Of a DNA stretch of 64,000 bases, positions 29,431-38,854 are shown piece after piece. The notes under the pieces are model-generated. The model was not told the origin of the DNA and did not search any database. It saw only the letters and a program-made list of their open reading frames with translations. The translations under genes and the position numbers were made by a program. Positions within the stretch are counted from its first letter, which is position 1. The number at the start of each line of letters is the position of its first letter. Origin of the DNA: Candidatus Doudnabacteria bacterium (GTDB lineage Bacteria; Patescibacteriota; Doudnabacteria; UBA920); NCBI GenBank assembly GCA_963837465.1, contig CAWINB010000004.1, positions 10,853 through 74,852 on the forward strand, in the 5' to 3' direction.

Positions 29431-32304
29431 TTATTGCAACCGGCTATCGCCTATTGTCATCGGGGTTAGGATAGACAGGCGGAAGTCCCATTGGTTGGCC
29501 GGGACTATCAGGTTTTGCTGGCCGCCGTTTTGGATGAAGGTGTTCCAGTTGGGAACCGGGATGAGGCCGGTGGAATCGACAAAGTATATGGTTGAACCGC
29601 TCTTTATCCAGCTGCCCCAGGGATGCTGGCTGTATCTGGTTGTTACGGTATAGCCTGAATTCTGCAGACCGGGATTGGCGACCGGAATCACGTTGCTAAA
29701 ACTAAAACCCAGACCCAAAAATGCCGCGGCATTGGAAAATGGAGTTTCCAAATTTTTGTAGACAATATAAACCGTGCCGCCCTGGGAAATTAGTTCGCCG
29801 TTTGGGTAAGTGCTGGCGCCCAATACGCCCCCGCCGGGATACTGCAGGCCACTGCCTGGGTTGGAACCGGAATTGCCCAGGCTGAAATTCTGCGTGGCGC
29901 TGTGGCCATAGCTGTCGTTAACCGTAACGGTAAATGTCTGATAGCCGCCGTAAACCGGAGCGCCTGAAATCAATCCGCCCGAAGACAGCGACAGGCCGCC
30001 TGGAAGACTGCCGCCGCTTAAGGTGTAATAGTAGGGAGCCTGGCCGCCGCTTACCTGCAACTGGTAGTTGTAATATTGTCCTACTGTCATTAAGGGCAAA
30101 GGAGTCGTGGTTGTAAAATACAAACCGCCGTTGCCGTTACCACTGCCGTTATATCCCGCGGTCGTTACATATAAACTGGCGCAGCCGTTGCCGCTGCTTT
30201 GGCAAACCGTGACGGTGCTGGTGCCGGCGCTGGTAGAAGGATAGAGATTTAAGACATTGCCGGAAATGGCGGCGCTGACTATGGCAGGATTGGAGTTGGT
30301 GGAAATATAGTAACTGCCGCTGCCGTAAATATTAACGCTGTCAGTTTGTCCAGACGTCAGCGTCAAACTGGTCTGACTAAGCGTAATGCTGCCGCTATAA
30401 TAACCGGTGCCTACAGTTACATACAAGGTGCCGCAACCTCCGCCGCTGCTTTGGCAAACGGTAATACTGCTGTTACCCGCGGTCTGGCCGTACAAGTTCA
30501 GGCTGCTGCCGGAAATGGTGGCGGTAACTACGTAAGAATTGGAGTTGTTGGAAATATAGTAACCATTATAGCCGTTGTTATAGGAGCTGGAAATGACAAC
30601 GCTGGTATTCTGGCCCGTGCTTAAGCTGACGGAACCGGGACTGAAATAAACCGCCGAACCGCCGCTGCCGCCGTTAACCGTGACGTAAACGCTGGCGCAG
30701 CCGGAGTAACCGGAGCTTTGGCAAACGGTTACCGTGCTGCTGCCCGATTCAAGGGCGCTTAAAAATAAACTGCTGCCGGAAATGGTGGCGCTGACCACGG
30801 ACAGGTTGGAGTTGGTGGAAATATAATAACTGCCGCTGCCGCTGATAATAATATTTGAACTCTGGCCCTGGTTTAAGCTTAAATTGGTTTGGCTTAAATA
30901 AAGACTGCCGCTGGATCCTGAGCCATTTACAGTTACATAAATACTGCCGCACTGGCTGGAACTGCCTCCGCAGACTATTACTGTGGAGCTGCCGGAGCCT
31001 AAGGCATATAAAGTAATTACCGAGCCGCTGACGCTGGCCAATGCTACTCCCGAATTGCTGTTGCTGGAAATATACAGGTAGCCGCCGCTGTAATTATAAG
31101 CGCTGACTGTGGCGCTTTGGCCGGTGGACAAGTTCAGGCTGGTCTGGCTAAGTGAAAGGCCGCCGGTTCCAGTACCATTAACTGTCACATAAACACTGGC
31201 ACAGACAGAAGATCCGGAGCTCTGACAAACGGTAATCGTACTGCCGCCCGTATAAATTCCGGTCAGCAGCAGGGTACTGCCCGAAATAGAGGCGCTGACC
31301 GCGGAGGAGTTGGAATTGCTGGATATGTAATAACTGCCGCCGCCGCTGATAATGACATCTGAACTCTGGCCCTGGCCCAAGTTCAGGCTGGTCTGGCTGA
31401 GCGAGAGCGTGCCGCAGCCGTAATAACCGCAGGAGCCCAAAGAAACCGTAACGTACAAACTGACACACTGGCTGTTTGAATTTTGACAGACGGAAATTGT
31501 GGTATTGCCGGCCGCCAAGGCGCTGACCAAAACACTGCTGCCGGAAATAGAGGCGCTGGCCACGGAGATATTGGAATTGTTGGAAATATAATAGTTGCCG
31601 TAACTGTTCCCGTTGTTATAAATAGCAACATTGGAAGTTTGACCCTGGGATAAACTCAGGCTGGTCTGGCTTAAAGAAAGACTGCCGCTGCCGCAGTTAT
31701 AGCTGTCATATATACAAGAAGAGCCGGTGACAGTAACATATAAAGTGGCGCAAACCCCGTCGGCGCCGCTTGAACAAATGCTGATACTGCTGCTGCCGGA
31801 CGTCTCGCCGTAAACAGCAATCTGGCTGCCGCTAAGAGTTACCGAAGCTATAGAGGAATTGGAATTGCCGGAAATATAGTAACTGCCGCTGCCGTAAACA
31901 GCTATGGAGGAGCTTTGCCCCACGCTTAAACTTAAACTGGTCTGGCTAAGCGACAACCCGTAAGAGGTACCGCAATTATAAGTACAGCCTTCATTGTTAC
32001 CGTTGTTCACCACTTGCTGGCCTGCTACCGTGGCGGTAATTTGCGAACTTACGGAACCGACATCCGTGGTAAAATTACCGTTAACATCGGTAGTACCGGT
32101 AATGGTAGTCGGCAGGCTGCTGCCGGAAGGAGTGAAGTTTATGACCACGGCCGCGTCAGGTTGACCCCCGCTTATGGTTATGGAGTTGTCGCTACCTGAA
32201 CTATAAACACTCATGGTAGGATAATAGGCCAAGACAGGAGCCGCTGATCCTATTAAAAGGCTGACAGATAAGATCAAAATCAAGTTTTTTACCAGCTTCT
32301 TCAT
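29431..32304 (-). CDS. giant secreted adhesin-like protein with >8 tandem Ig-like (Big_2-type) repeats, a putative Ig domain, and the shared C-terminal repeat module
   Basis: Signal peptide. About 85-aa repeats LSLSQTSLSL..GQ.....I.G.GSYYIS.NSN.S......SGS.L.L...GSSTITVCQSSG..CASLYVTV. Then GGQAPYYYTLSGGSLPGGLSL. C-terminal GTVYIVYKN...FLGLGFSF and GSTIYFVDSTGL modules. Confidence 0.6.
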   Translation of the reverse strand: MKKLVKNLILILSVSLLIGSAAPVLAYYPTMSVYSSGSDNSITISGGQPDAAVVINFTPSGSSLPTTITGTTDVNGNFTTDVGSVSSQITATVAGQQVVNNGNNEGCTYNCGTSYGLSLSQTSLSLSVGQSSSIAVYGSGSYYISGNSNSSIASVTLSGSQIAVYGETSGSSSISICSSGADGVCATLYVTVTGSSCIYDSYNCGSGSLSLSQTSLSLSQGQTSNVAIYNNGNSYGNYYISNNSNISVASASISGSSVLVSALAAGNTTISVCQNSNSQCVSLYVTVSLGSCGYYGCGTLSLSQTSLNLGQGQSSDVIISGGGSYYISSNSNSSAVSASISGSTLLLTGIYTGGSTITVCQSSGSSVCASVYVTVNGTGTGGLSLSQTSLNLSTGQSATVSAYNYSGGYLYISSNSNSGVALASVSGSVITLYALGSGSSTVIVCGGSSSQCGSIYVTVNGSGSSGSLYLSQTNLSLNQGQSSNIIISGSGSYYISTNSNLSVVSATISGSSLFLSALESGSSTVTVCQSSGYSGCASVYVTVNGGSGGSAVYFSPGSVSLSTGQNTSVVISSSYNNGYNGYYISNNSNSYVVTATISGSSLNLYGQTAGNSSITVCQSSGGGCGTLYVTVGTGYYSGSITLSQTSLTLTSGQTDSVNIYGSGSYYISTNSNPAIVSAAISGNVLNLYPSTSAGTSTVTVCQSSGNGCASLYVTTAGYNGSGNGNGGLYFTTTTPLPLMTVGQYYNYQLQVSGGQAPYYYTLSGGSLPGGLSLSSGGLISGAPVYGGYQTFTVTVNDSYGHSATQNFSLGNSGSNPGSGLQYPGGGVLGASTYPNGELISQGGTVYIVYKNLETPFSNAAAFLGLGFSFSNVIPVANPGLQNSGYTVTTRYSQHPWGSWIKSGSTIYFVDSTGLIPVPNWNTFIQNGGQQNLIVPANQWDFRLSILTPMTIGDSRLQ

Positions 32305-32465
32305 ATAGCTTATATATTAATTATAGCTCTATATTATTATAGATTTTATGGGATTTGTCAACTCGCGTCTGTCGGGTGAAGCTCCTACGGATAATACGGG
32401 CCAATTAACGAAAAAAGTCCTGTTTTTTAAGCTTCCGTCCAATCTGAAAATTCCCGCGAAACTAA

Positions 32466-32496
32466 AGCGCGCGGCTTTATGCCGCGCGCCTGAAAC
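32466..32496 (-). terminator. hairpin GCGCGCGGC-tttat-GCCGCGCGC downstream of gdh
   Basis: 9-bp GC stem, 3' of the minus-strand gdh stop at 32518. Confidence 0.5.
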
Positions 32497-32517
32497 TTTA
32501 GATGTTTTTAACAGTTG

Positions 32518-33747
32518 CTACTTCATTGCTTCAATAATTCTTTCCGCGGCCAGAATATAAGCGCCGTTGCGAAAGGACGTTTGATATTTGTTTCTTTTTT
32601 CCAGGACATCGGCAAACGCCAGCTTAATTTGTCTGGACAACTTTTCCAAAACTTGTTCCTTGCCCCATGTCTCCCGGTGCATGTTCTGATACCATTCAAA
32701 ATAACTGGCGCAAACGCCGCCGCTGTTGGCCAAAATATCGGGAATAACCACTGCGCCGTTTTTATCAAAAACCGCGTCGGCTTCGGGAGTGGTCGGGCCG
32801 TTGGCCATCTCCATAACCAACTTAGCCCTAATTTTTTCCGCGTTATCTTTGGTCAGAACATTTTCCAAAGCCGCGGGCACCAAAACATCCACAGGCAATT
32901 CCAGCAATTCCTCGTTGCTGATATTTTTGGCGCCGCTAAAATCTTTTAGCGCCCCTGAACTTTTTTTATGGGACATGACTTTTTCAAAGTCCAAGCCCTC
33001 CGGATTATAAATGCCGCCTTTGGAATCAGACAAAGCCACGACTTTGTAACCCAGCTTTTCCGCGGCTTTGGCAAAAAAAGTCGCCACGTTGCCAAAACCC
33101 TGAATGGCAATTGTTGAGCCTTCGGGCAAATCCACCACTTTATTTTTCACCACTTCCTCAAACACGTACACGCCGCCAAAACCCGTGGCTTCTTCGCGGC
33201 CCTGGCTGCCGCCGTTGTCCAAGGATTTTCCGGTAAAGGTGGCCATGGATTTGTTGCCGGTAATTTTTTGGTATTCGTCCAGCATCCAGCCCATAATCTG
33301 CCCGTTGGTGTTAACGTCCGGCGCGGGCACATCCGTTTCCGGGCCAAATACCGGGTAAAGTTTTTTTACGTAACCGCGCGACAGTTTTTCCAGCTCGCCT
33401 TCCGACAGCTGCCTGGGATTTACGATAATGCCGCCTTTGCCGCCGCCAAAGGGCACATTCACCACCGCGTTTTTAAACGACATCCAAAAACTCAGGGCCC
33501 GGACTTCGTCCAGGTTAACATCCTGATGGTAGCGGATACCGCCTTTGTAAGGCCCGCGCGCGTTATTGTGCTGGCTGCGGAAACCGGTAAAAATTTTCCG
33601 CTCCCCGTTGTCCATTTTTACCGGAATGGAAACTTCCACGTAGCGGTCGGGGGTTTTTAACTGCTGGACTTTGTCTTTATCCAGTCCGGCCAGCTTAGCC
33701 GCGGCTTCCAGCTGGGCCTGGGCGGTTTGAAATGGGTTTACGTTCAT
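32518..33747 (-). CDS. gdhA: glutamate dehydrogenase (Glu/Leu/Phe/Val dehydrogenase family)
   Basis: Catalytic Lys region GGGKGG. Dinucleotide-binding GFGNVATF. 409 aa. Confidence 0.8.
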   Translation of the reverse strand: MNVNPFQTAQAQLEAAAKLAGLDKDKVQQLKTPDRYVEVSIPVKMDNGERKIFTGFRSQHNNARGPYKGGIRYHQDVNLDEVRALSFWMSFKNAVVNVPFGGGKGGIIVNPRQLSEGELEKLSRGYVKKLYPVFGPETDVPAPDVNTNGQIMGWMLDEYQKITGNKSMATFTGKSLDNGGSQGREEATGFGGVYVFEEVVKNKVVDLPEGSTIAIQGFGNVATFFAKAAEKLGYKVVALSDSKGGIYNPEGLDFEKVMSHKKSSGALKDFSGAKNISNEELLELPVDVLVPAALENVLTKDNAEKIRAKLVMEMANGPTTPEADAVFDKNGAVVIPDILANSGGVCASYFEWYQNMHRETWGKEQVLEKLSRQIKLAFADVLEKRNKYQTSFRNGAYILAAERIIEAMK

Positions 33748-33749
33748 AT

Positions 33750-34136
33750 TTATTGTGCGAGTCGCTTAATTTTTATAATGTCCTGCTTAATTTGCTTTTT
33801 TAATTGTTCCCCGGATTTAAATTTCTTGAACGGACGGAGGTATTTTTTTAAACTGATGGTAATTTTTTTGCCGTACAAGCTGCCTTTAAAATTTAACAGA
33901 TGGGCTTCAAGTTTCGGTAATTGGTTTTTATCAACGGGCCCGATTATGACAGCCGCGTGATATATCTTTGGCGGGCGGCTAAAGCCCGTCCCCACAACCG
34001 CGGACCCCTGCCAAATCCCGAATTTAATGTTTAACTTTTTTCTGGCATACGCGCGACGATCAAGATTGGCGGTGGGAAAACCCAAACTCCTGCCGTAATG
34101 GTCGCCGTGGATGACTTTGCCGCTGATTTCCGCCAT
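33750..34136 (-). CDS. riboflavin kinase domain protein
   Basis: GKVIHGDHYGRSLGFPTANL matches the flavokinase G.V..G...G..LGFPTAN motif. Monofunctional size. Confidence 0.6.
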   Translation of the reverse strand: MAEISGKVIHGDHYGRSLGFPTANLDRRAYARKKLNIKFGIWQGSAVVGTGFSRPPKIYHAAVIIGPVDKNQLPKLEAHLLNFKGSLYGKKITISLKKYLRPFKKFKSGEQLKKQIKQDIIKIKRLAQ

Positions 34137-34137
34137 A

Positions 34138-34545
34138 TTAACGGCTTTCTCCGCGGTAAGGGATTCCAAAAAAGGTATCGCCGAGCAATTTTTGTATGGC
34201 TGACCTCTGCGCGCGGCTGTGATATTGGATTAAAATGTCGCCTTTTATAAAATACATGCCTCCCGCGCTGCTTGCGCAATTGGTTTCCTGACCCAAAACC
34301 TCCAGCGCTCCGGCATTTTTTAGTTTTGCCACCATATCCTGATGCCTGGCCAGAGCCCTTGTAACCTGGGGGTAAAAAGGCAGCTGCTCGCAGGGCAAAA
34401 AGTGTTCGCGGTCATCTTTGACTACGCTGTAGTAAAGAATTTTGGCAGGCCTGTAATTGACCAAAAAATAAACTCCGGCGCAAACAGCGGCCGCGCCCAC
34501 AATAACCCCTACAACTTTGGCAACTCTTTTCCAGGAAAATTCCAT
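34138..34545 (-). CDS. hypothetical membrane-anchored protein
   Basis: N-terminal TM helix VVGVIVGAAAVCAGVYFLV. No recognised domain. Confidence 0.3.
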   Translation of the reverse strand: MEFSWKRVAKVVGVIVGAAAVCAGVYFLVNYRPAKILYYSVVKDDREHFLPCEQLPFYPQVTRALARHQDMVAKLKNAGALEVLGQETNCASSAGGMYFIKGDILIQYHSRAQRSAIQKLLGDTFFGIPYRGESR

Positions 34546-34554
34546 AGTTAAAAA

Positions 34555-35520
34555 TTATTTATCCTCTGTATCCGCCAGATATTTTTCCACGTCCAAAGCC
34601 GCCATACTGCCCATGCCGGCGGCAACCACGGCCTGGCGGTAACGCGGATCGTTGACATCGCCAGCCACAAACACTCCCCCTATATTAGTGCGGGTAAAAT
34701 TATTAACGATGATGTAGCTTTTTTGGTCAATCTCAATGCCGGCCGCAGCGAAAATTTTGGTATTGGGCGTATGGCCAATGGCGGAAAAGTAACCTTGGGC
34801 TTTTATAACCCTTTCTTCGCCCGTCTTGTTATCCCTGATTTTTATACCCTCAACTGTATTTTCCCCAAGGATGTCCGTGACAGTAACATTGGTAATAAAT
34901 GTAATTTTAGGATTATCCTGGGCTCGCTTGAGCATAATTTTGGAAGCCCGGAATTCGTCGCGGCGATGGATAATGCTAACCTTGGAAGCAAAGCGCGTCA
35001 AGAAAGTGGCTTCTTCCATAGCCGTATCGCCGCCGCCAATAACCACGACTTCTTTTCCCTTAAAAAAGAATCCGTCACAGGTGGCGCAGGCGCTTACGCC
35101 CTTGCCGCGCAGCCTCTGTTCATTGGGCAAATCCAGCCACTTGGCTTCGGCGCCCGTGGCAATAATAACCGTACGCGATTGATATTCGGCTTTTTCTGTT
35201 TTTATCGTAAATGGTTTTTTCTTGTCCGCCGTAGCTTCAGCGAAGGCCGAGGAAAAATCCACGGACTCAACATTTTCCATAAGCAATTCGGCGCCAAAAC
35301 GCTTTACCTGCTTCATCATATTGTCCATAAGTTCCGGCCCCAAAATCCCATTAACAAAACCCGGATAGTTCTCGACTTCCGTGGTCTGCATCAACTGGCC
35401 GCCCGGAGTCAGCCCGGCAATAACCAGGGGTTTTAACTCGGCGCTGCGCCGCGTAAAGCGCGGCCGTCAGTCCGGCCGGCCCGCTGCCTATAATTATAGT
35501 ATTGTAAATTTTTGAACTTT
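34555..35520 (-). CDS. trxB: thioredoxin reductase, frameshift near 35440-35450
   Basis: Redox-active CATCDG and second FAD/NADPH GxGxxA motifs are in ORF 34555..35394. The N-terminal FAD motif IIIGSGPAGLTAALYAA is read from ATG at 35520 in a different frame. Confidence 0.7.
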
Positions 35521-35631
35521 CCATAAACAAACTTTTTTATGACCGTATTTTAAATTGTACCAAACGCGCAAAGTAAATAGCAAGCTATTTACTTTGACTC
35601 GCTCTGCGTCGCGAATAAAAGTCAAAAAATC

Positions 35632-36714
35632 CTACATCTGCTCGCCCAAAATAACCTGGAGCTGTAAAGTGCCGCTGCCGCGGGTTACGGTCAGAGTCAC
35701 CTGCGCGCCGGCCTGGAAAGAATCTATGCTGTCGTCCAGGGATTGATTGGGGGTAATGGCACTGCCGTTGACCGAGGTAATAATATCGCCGGGCTGAAGC
35801 CCCGCGACCGCCGCAGGACTGCCGGGCACTACCGCGCTGACCAAAGCCCCGGAGTTAACGCTCAAACCCTGGGTGATTTGCGCCGCGGGATCTATATTTA
35901 AAAACTCCACTCCCAAAAACGGCCGGGAAACTTTGCCGAAGGTTTTAATCTGCTGAACCGCGTCTTTAATGGTATTAACCGGAATGGCAAAACCCAAACC
36001 CGCGCCGCCGGCATCTATTAAAGTGTTCATTCCTATTACCTGGCCGGACAAATTTATCAGCGGGCCGCCGCTGTTGCCGGGGTTTATGGCCGCGTCGGTC
36101 TGGATTAAGTTGTGCAGGCGGCTGTCCTGGCCGCTGTCGTCGGCCACGTCCACGGAACGGCCCAGAGCCGAGACCACGCCGCGGGTAACCGTATACTGAT
36201 ACTGGCCAAGCGAATTACCGATGGCAAAAACACTCTGTCCTGTTTCCAGGGCGCTGGAATCTCCCAACTGGGCCGGCACCAGATTTTGAGCGTTAACCTG
36301 TAAAAGCGCGATGTCATCAAATTTGTCCAAGTCCAAAATTTTAGCCGGATATTCGCTGCCATCCGGCAAAATAACCGTGTAGTTCATAGTGGGATCGGAA
36401 ACTACGTGGTTGTTGCTGACTATCATGCCGTCGCTGTCCAGCACAAAACCGGTGCCGTAAACGGCGTCCTGGTCAGCTATGGAAGCCTGGCTGGAGCTGG
36501 AATTCTGAGGCGCGGTTACGCCCACAATGTCCACCACCGAAGCTTTAACGGTCCGCACGGCCAAAATTCCCTGCTGTTCGTCGCTAAGCGGAGTAACGCT
36601 GCCGGGCTTGGCGGCCAAGAGCCTGGCTCCCTGGGCCAGTCCGGACAAAATTAAAATTGACAAAATCACGCCGGGAACCAGAAATCTTTTGTTCATCGTT
36701 TTAAAATTTTGCAT
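35632..36714 (-). CDS. htrA: HtrA/DegP-family serine protease with PDZ domain
   Basis: Signal/TM region. Trypsin-like catalytic GNSGGPL. C-terminal PDZ-like GLQPGDIITSVNG. Confidence 0.8.
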   Translation of the reverse strand: MQNFKTMNKRFLVPGVILSILILSGLAQGARLLAAKPGSVTPLSDEQQGILAVRTVKASVVDIVGVTAPQNSSSSQASIADQDAVYGTGFVLDSDGMIVSNNHVVSDPTMNYTVILPDGSEYPAKILDLDKFDDIALLQVNAQNLVPAQLGDSSALETGQSVFAIGNSLGQYQYTVTRGVVSALGRSVDVADDSGQDSRLHNLIQTDAAINPGNSGGPLINLSGQVIGMNTLIDAGGAGLGFAIPVNTIKDAVQQIKTFGKVSRPFLGVEFLNIDPAAQITQGLSVNSGALVSAVVPGSPAAVAGLQPGDIITSVNGSAITPNQSLDDSIDSFQAGAQVTLTVTRGSGTLQLQVILGEQM

Positions 36715-36912
36715 GGATTATTTTAGATTACTAATTTAGAACCTATTTGAAAAATAACGAAGTTGGGGGAGTAAACCTGTTTATAACCTGACGCTGACAA
36801 ACACCGATTATGGCATCCTGTCGGCTTTATCTGTTTCCCGGTCTGTGTTAATCCGTTTCCAAAAACCGGTTCTCAGTTATTTATAGCATTAAACGCGGAA
36901 GTTCAGGAAGCC

Positions 36913-37866
36913 CTAATCTATATCCCGGACTTTCAGATCATCCATAACTTCCTGCGTGGCCAAAAGCCAGTTTGGGTTGCAGGGCTGGACGTAAACTCCG
37001 CACATTTGCTTTAAGGTCCAATCGTTGTATTTTTTATCCAGCAGCCGGTTAAAATCCACCACCCAGTCCTGATAGCTGCCGTACTGCCGCCAGGAGGGCG
37101 CGCCCGGCTTTACCCCAATATTACTGCAGTTGTCGTCGCTGCAATTTTTTCCCAGGGTGCTTTCCGCGAAAGCGATGGCCAAAATAAGCTGCCAGTGAGG
37201 CTGTTCGGCAATAGTTGCCGCGGCCGAAGCCAGTGGCGACTTTTGATCCTGTAAATACTTGGTCAAAGCCTGGGTTCTCTGTTCTATAATATCAGGTTGG
37301 GCCACGGTGGCCAGGTAATTTTTTAAGTACTGGATGGGGGTATTAAACAAAATATCATTGCCTGCGTTGGTAGCAGCGGCAGAAATCTGCGCATTGGGCA
37401 GCAGGGTTTGATAATTGGCAGGCGGCTCGACAGGCTGTTCCACAGCCGCGGTTTTTGCCGCGGAAAGGGTGGTCAAAACTCCTCCGCCGAAAGCCAAAAA
37501 TAAGGCGGCTACGGCCGCCAGCAAAGTAACTTTTTGCCCGACAATGAACTTAGAGTATGTTTGGGAAGCATTTTTAAAACCGGCTTTTAAATTCAGACCA
37601 AAAGCCGATTCTTGGCCTGCTGTCTTAAAGCTGGCTTTAAAGGGGGTGATGTAAACGGGCCGGGTCAGGGAAGCCACTTTACTAAAATGCTTTTTAAGGG
37701 TGGCGGGCGGGCGGGCGGGCTTATTTGGCCGAACCACAGAGCCGGATAACCATCGTGGCGGACGATAAATATCATCTATTTTAAAAACCCTCTTTGGCTT
37801 TGGCGCAACTGTAAATTTAACACGCCTGGTGGAATTTTTAGTTTTTTTTATGCCGTCAATACTCAT
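36913..37866 (-). CDS. hypothetical membrane protein
   Basis: Basic N-terminus, central TM helix LLAAVAALFLAFGGGVLTT. C-terminal Cys-containing domain of unknown function. Confidence 0.35.
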   Translation of the reverse strand: MSIDGIKKTKNSTRRVKFTVAPKPKRVFKIDDIYRPPRWLSGSVVRPNKPARPPATLKKHFSKVASLTRPVYITPFKASFKTAGQESAFGLNLKAGFKNASQTYSKFIVGQKVTLLAAVAALFLAFGGGVLTTLSAAKTAAVEQPVEPPANYQTLLPNAQISAAATNAGNDILFNTPIQYLKNYLATVAQPDIIEQRTQALTKYLQDQKSPLASAAATIAEQPHWQLILAIAFAESTLGKNCSDDNCSNIGVKPGAPSWRQYGSYQDWVVDFNRLLDKKYNDWTLKQMCGVYVQPCNPNWLLATQEVMDDLKVRDID

Positions 37867-37892
37867 GTCTAATCATTATAGCAGAGAGCATT

Positions 37893-37913
37893 AAAAAGGC
37901 CACGCCACAGGCG
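37893..37913 (-). terminator. hairpin GGCCACGCC-aca-GGCGCGGCC 3' of the SDR gene
   Basis: 8/9-bp GC stem. Run of A on the + strand (U-run on the minus transcript) follows. Confidence 0.45.
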
Positions 37914-37917
37914 CGGC

Positions 37918-37951
37918 CTTAGAGGCTGTCTGAAAAGATCCATTTTGCCGG
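37918..37951. repeat. dispersed 34-bp motif copy A (TTAGAGGCTGTCTGAAAAGATCCATTTTGCCGG)
   Basis: Near-identical copy at 56714-56747. Truncated copies at 40211-40230 and ~63686-63702. Confidence 0.7.
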
Positions 37952-37952
37952 C

Positions 37953-38657
37953 TTACATCTCCGCTTCCGGATTTTCGGAGACTATAAGCCCGGCGATTTT
38001 TTCCGCCACCTGCTCCGGCGTGTCTATTTCCATTGGCGGTCTGCCGGAAGCGGCGTTTTGGGTCCAATCCGGCCGCGCGCCCACGGAATGCCTGCCGAAA
38101 TCCGTGGCAGTCATTTTGGGATGAAAAACGCTGACCACAATTTTGTCTTTTTCCAGCTCTGCCCGCGCCGTTAACGACAGGGCGTTAAGCGCGTACTTGG
38201 TGGAGGCGTAAGCGGCCAGCCCGGGAAAATAATTTTTGGAAACGCGGGAGCTGATATTTAAAATTATCCCCCCGCCCTGCTTTCGCATTTGCGGAATTAC
38301 CGCCTGCATACCGAGCAGCGGCCCGTAAACATTAAGCTCCATAATTTCCTTATAATTTTCCAGGTCGATTTTTTCCACCGGGCCATACATTCCCCGGCCG
38401 GCGTTGTTAATCATAACGTCCACGCGCCCGTATTTTTCCATGGTCCGGCTGACTAAATTTTTAATGTCCGCGGCTTTGCGCGTATCGGTAACTACGGCAA
38501 AAGCATTGGATATGGTTTTGGCCAGTTGGTTTATTTTATCGGCCGAACGGGCGGCCAGCACGACTTTGGCGCCAAGGTCCGACAAATGTTTGGCCGTGGA
38601 CAGGCCAATCCCTGCCGAAGCTCCGGTTATAATTATAACTTTATCTTTTATGTCCAT
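37953..38657 (-). CDS. short-chain dehydrogenase/reductase
   Basis: TGASAGIG cofactor motif and catalytic YASTK. Confidence 0.8.
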   Translation of the reverse strand: MDIKDKVIIITGASAGIGLSTAKHLSDLGAKVVLAARSADKINQLAKTISNAFAVVTDTRKAADIKNLVSRTMEKYGRVDVMINNAGRGMYGPVEKIDLENYKEIMELNVYGPLLGMQAVIPQMRKQGGGIILNISSRVSKNYFPGLAAYASTKYALNALSLTARAELEKDKIVVSVFHPKMTATDFGRHSVGARPDWTQNAASGRPPMEIDTPEQVAEKIAGLIVSENPEAEM

Positions 38658-38712
38658 AAAAATATTTTTAATTATTATGTTTTGATTATAACAGAAAGTT
38701 GTTTAATAGATA

Positions 38713-38750
38713 TTAAAAACACGTAGGACACGGAGCTTCGTGATCCGTGT
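38713..38750 (-). terminator. hairpin ACGTAGGACACGGA-gcttcgtga-TCCGTGTCCTACGT
   Basis: Perfect 14-bp inverted repeat, 3' of the IS transposase gene. Confidence 0.55.
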
Positions 38751-38854
38751 CCTACGTTTGTTCTGTCCGTGTTTTCCGTGTTGATTATTAAATAAAACCT
38801 GTCTAAAAAATAATTTGCGCGCAGATAGAGTAGTTTCTAATCAAGACATGGCCC

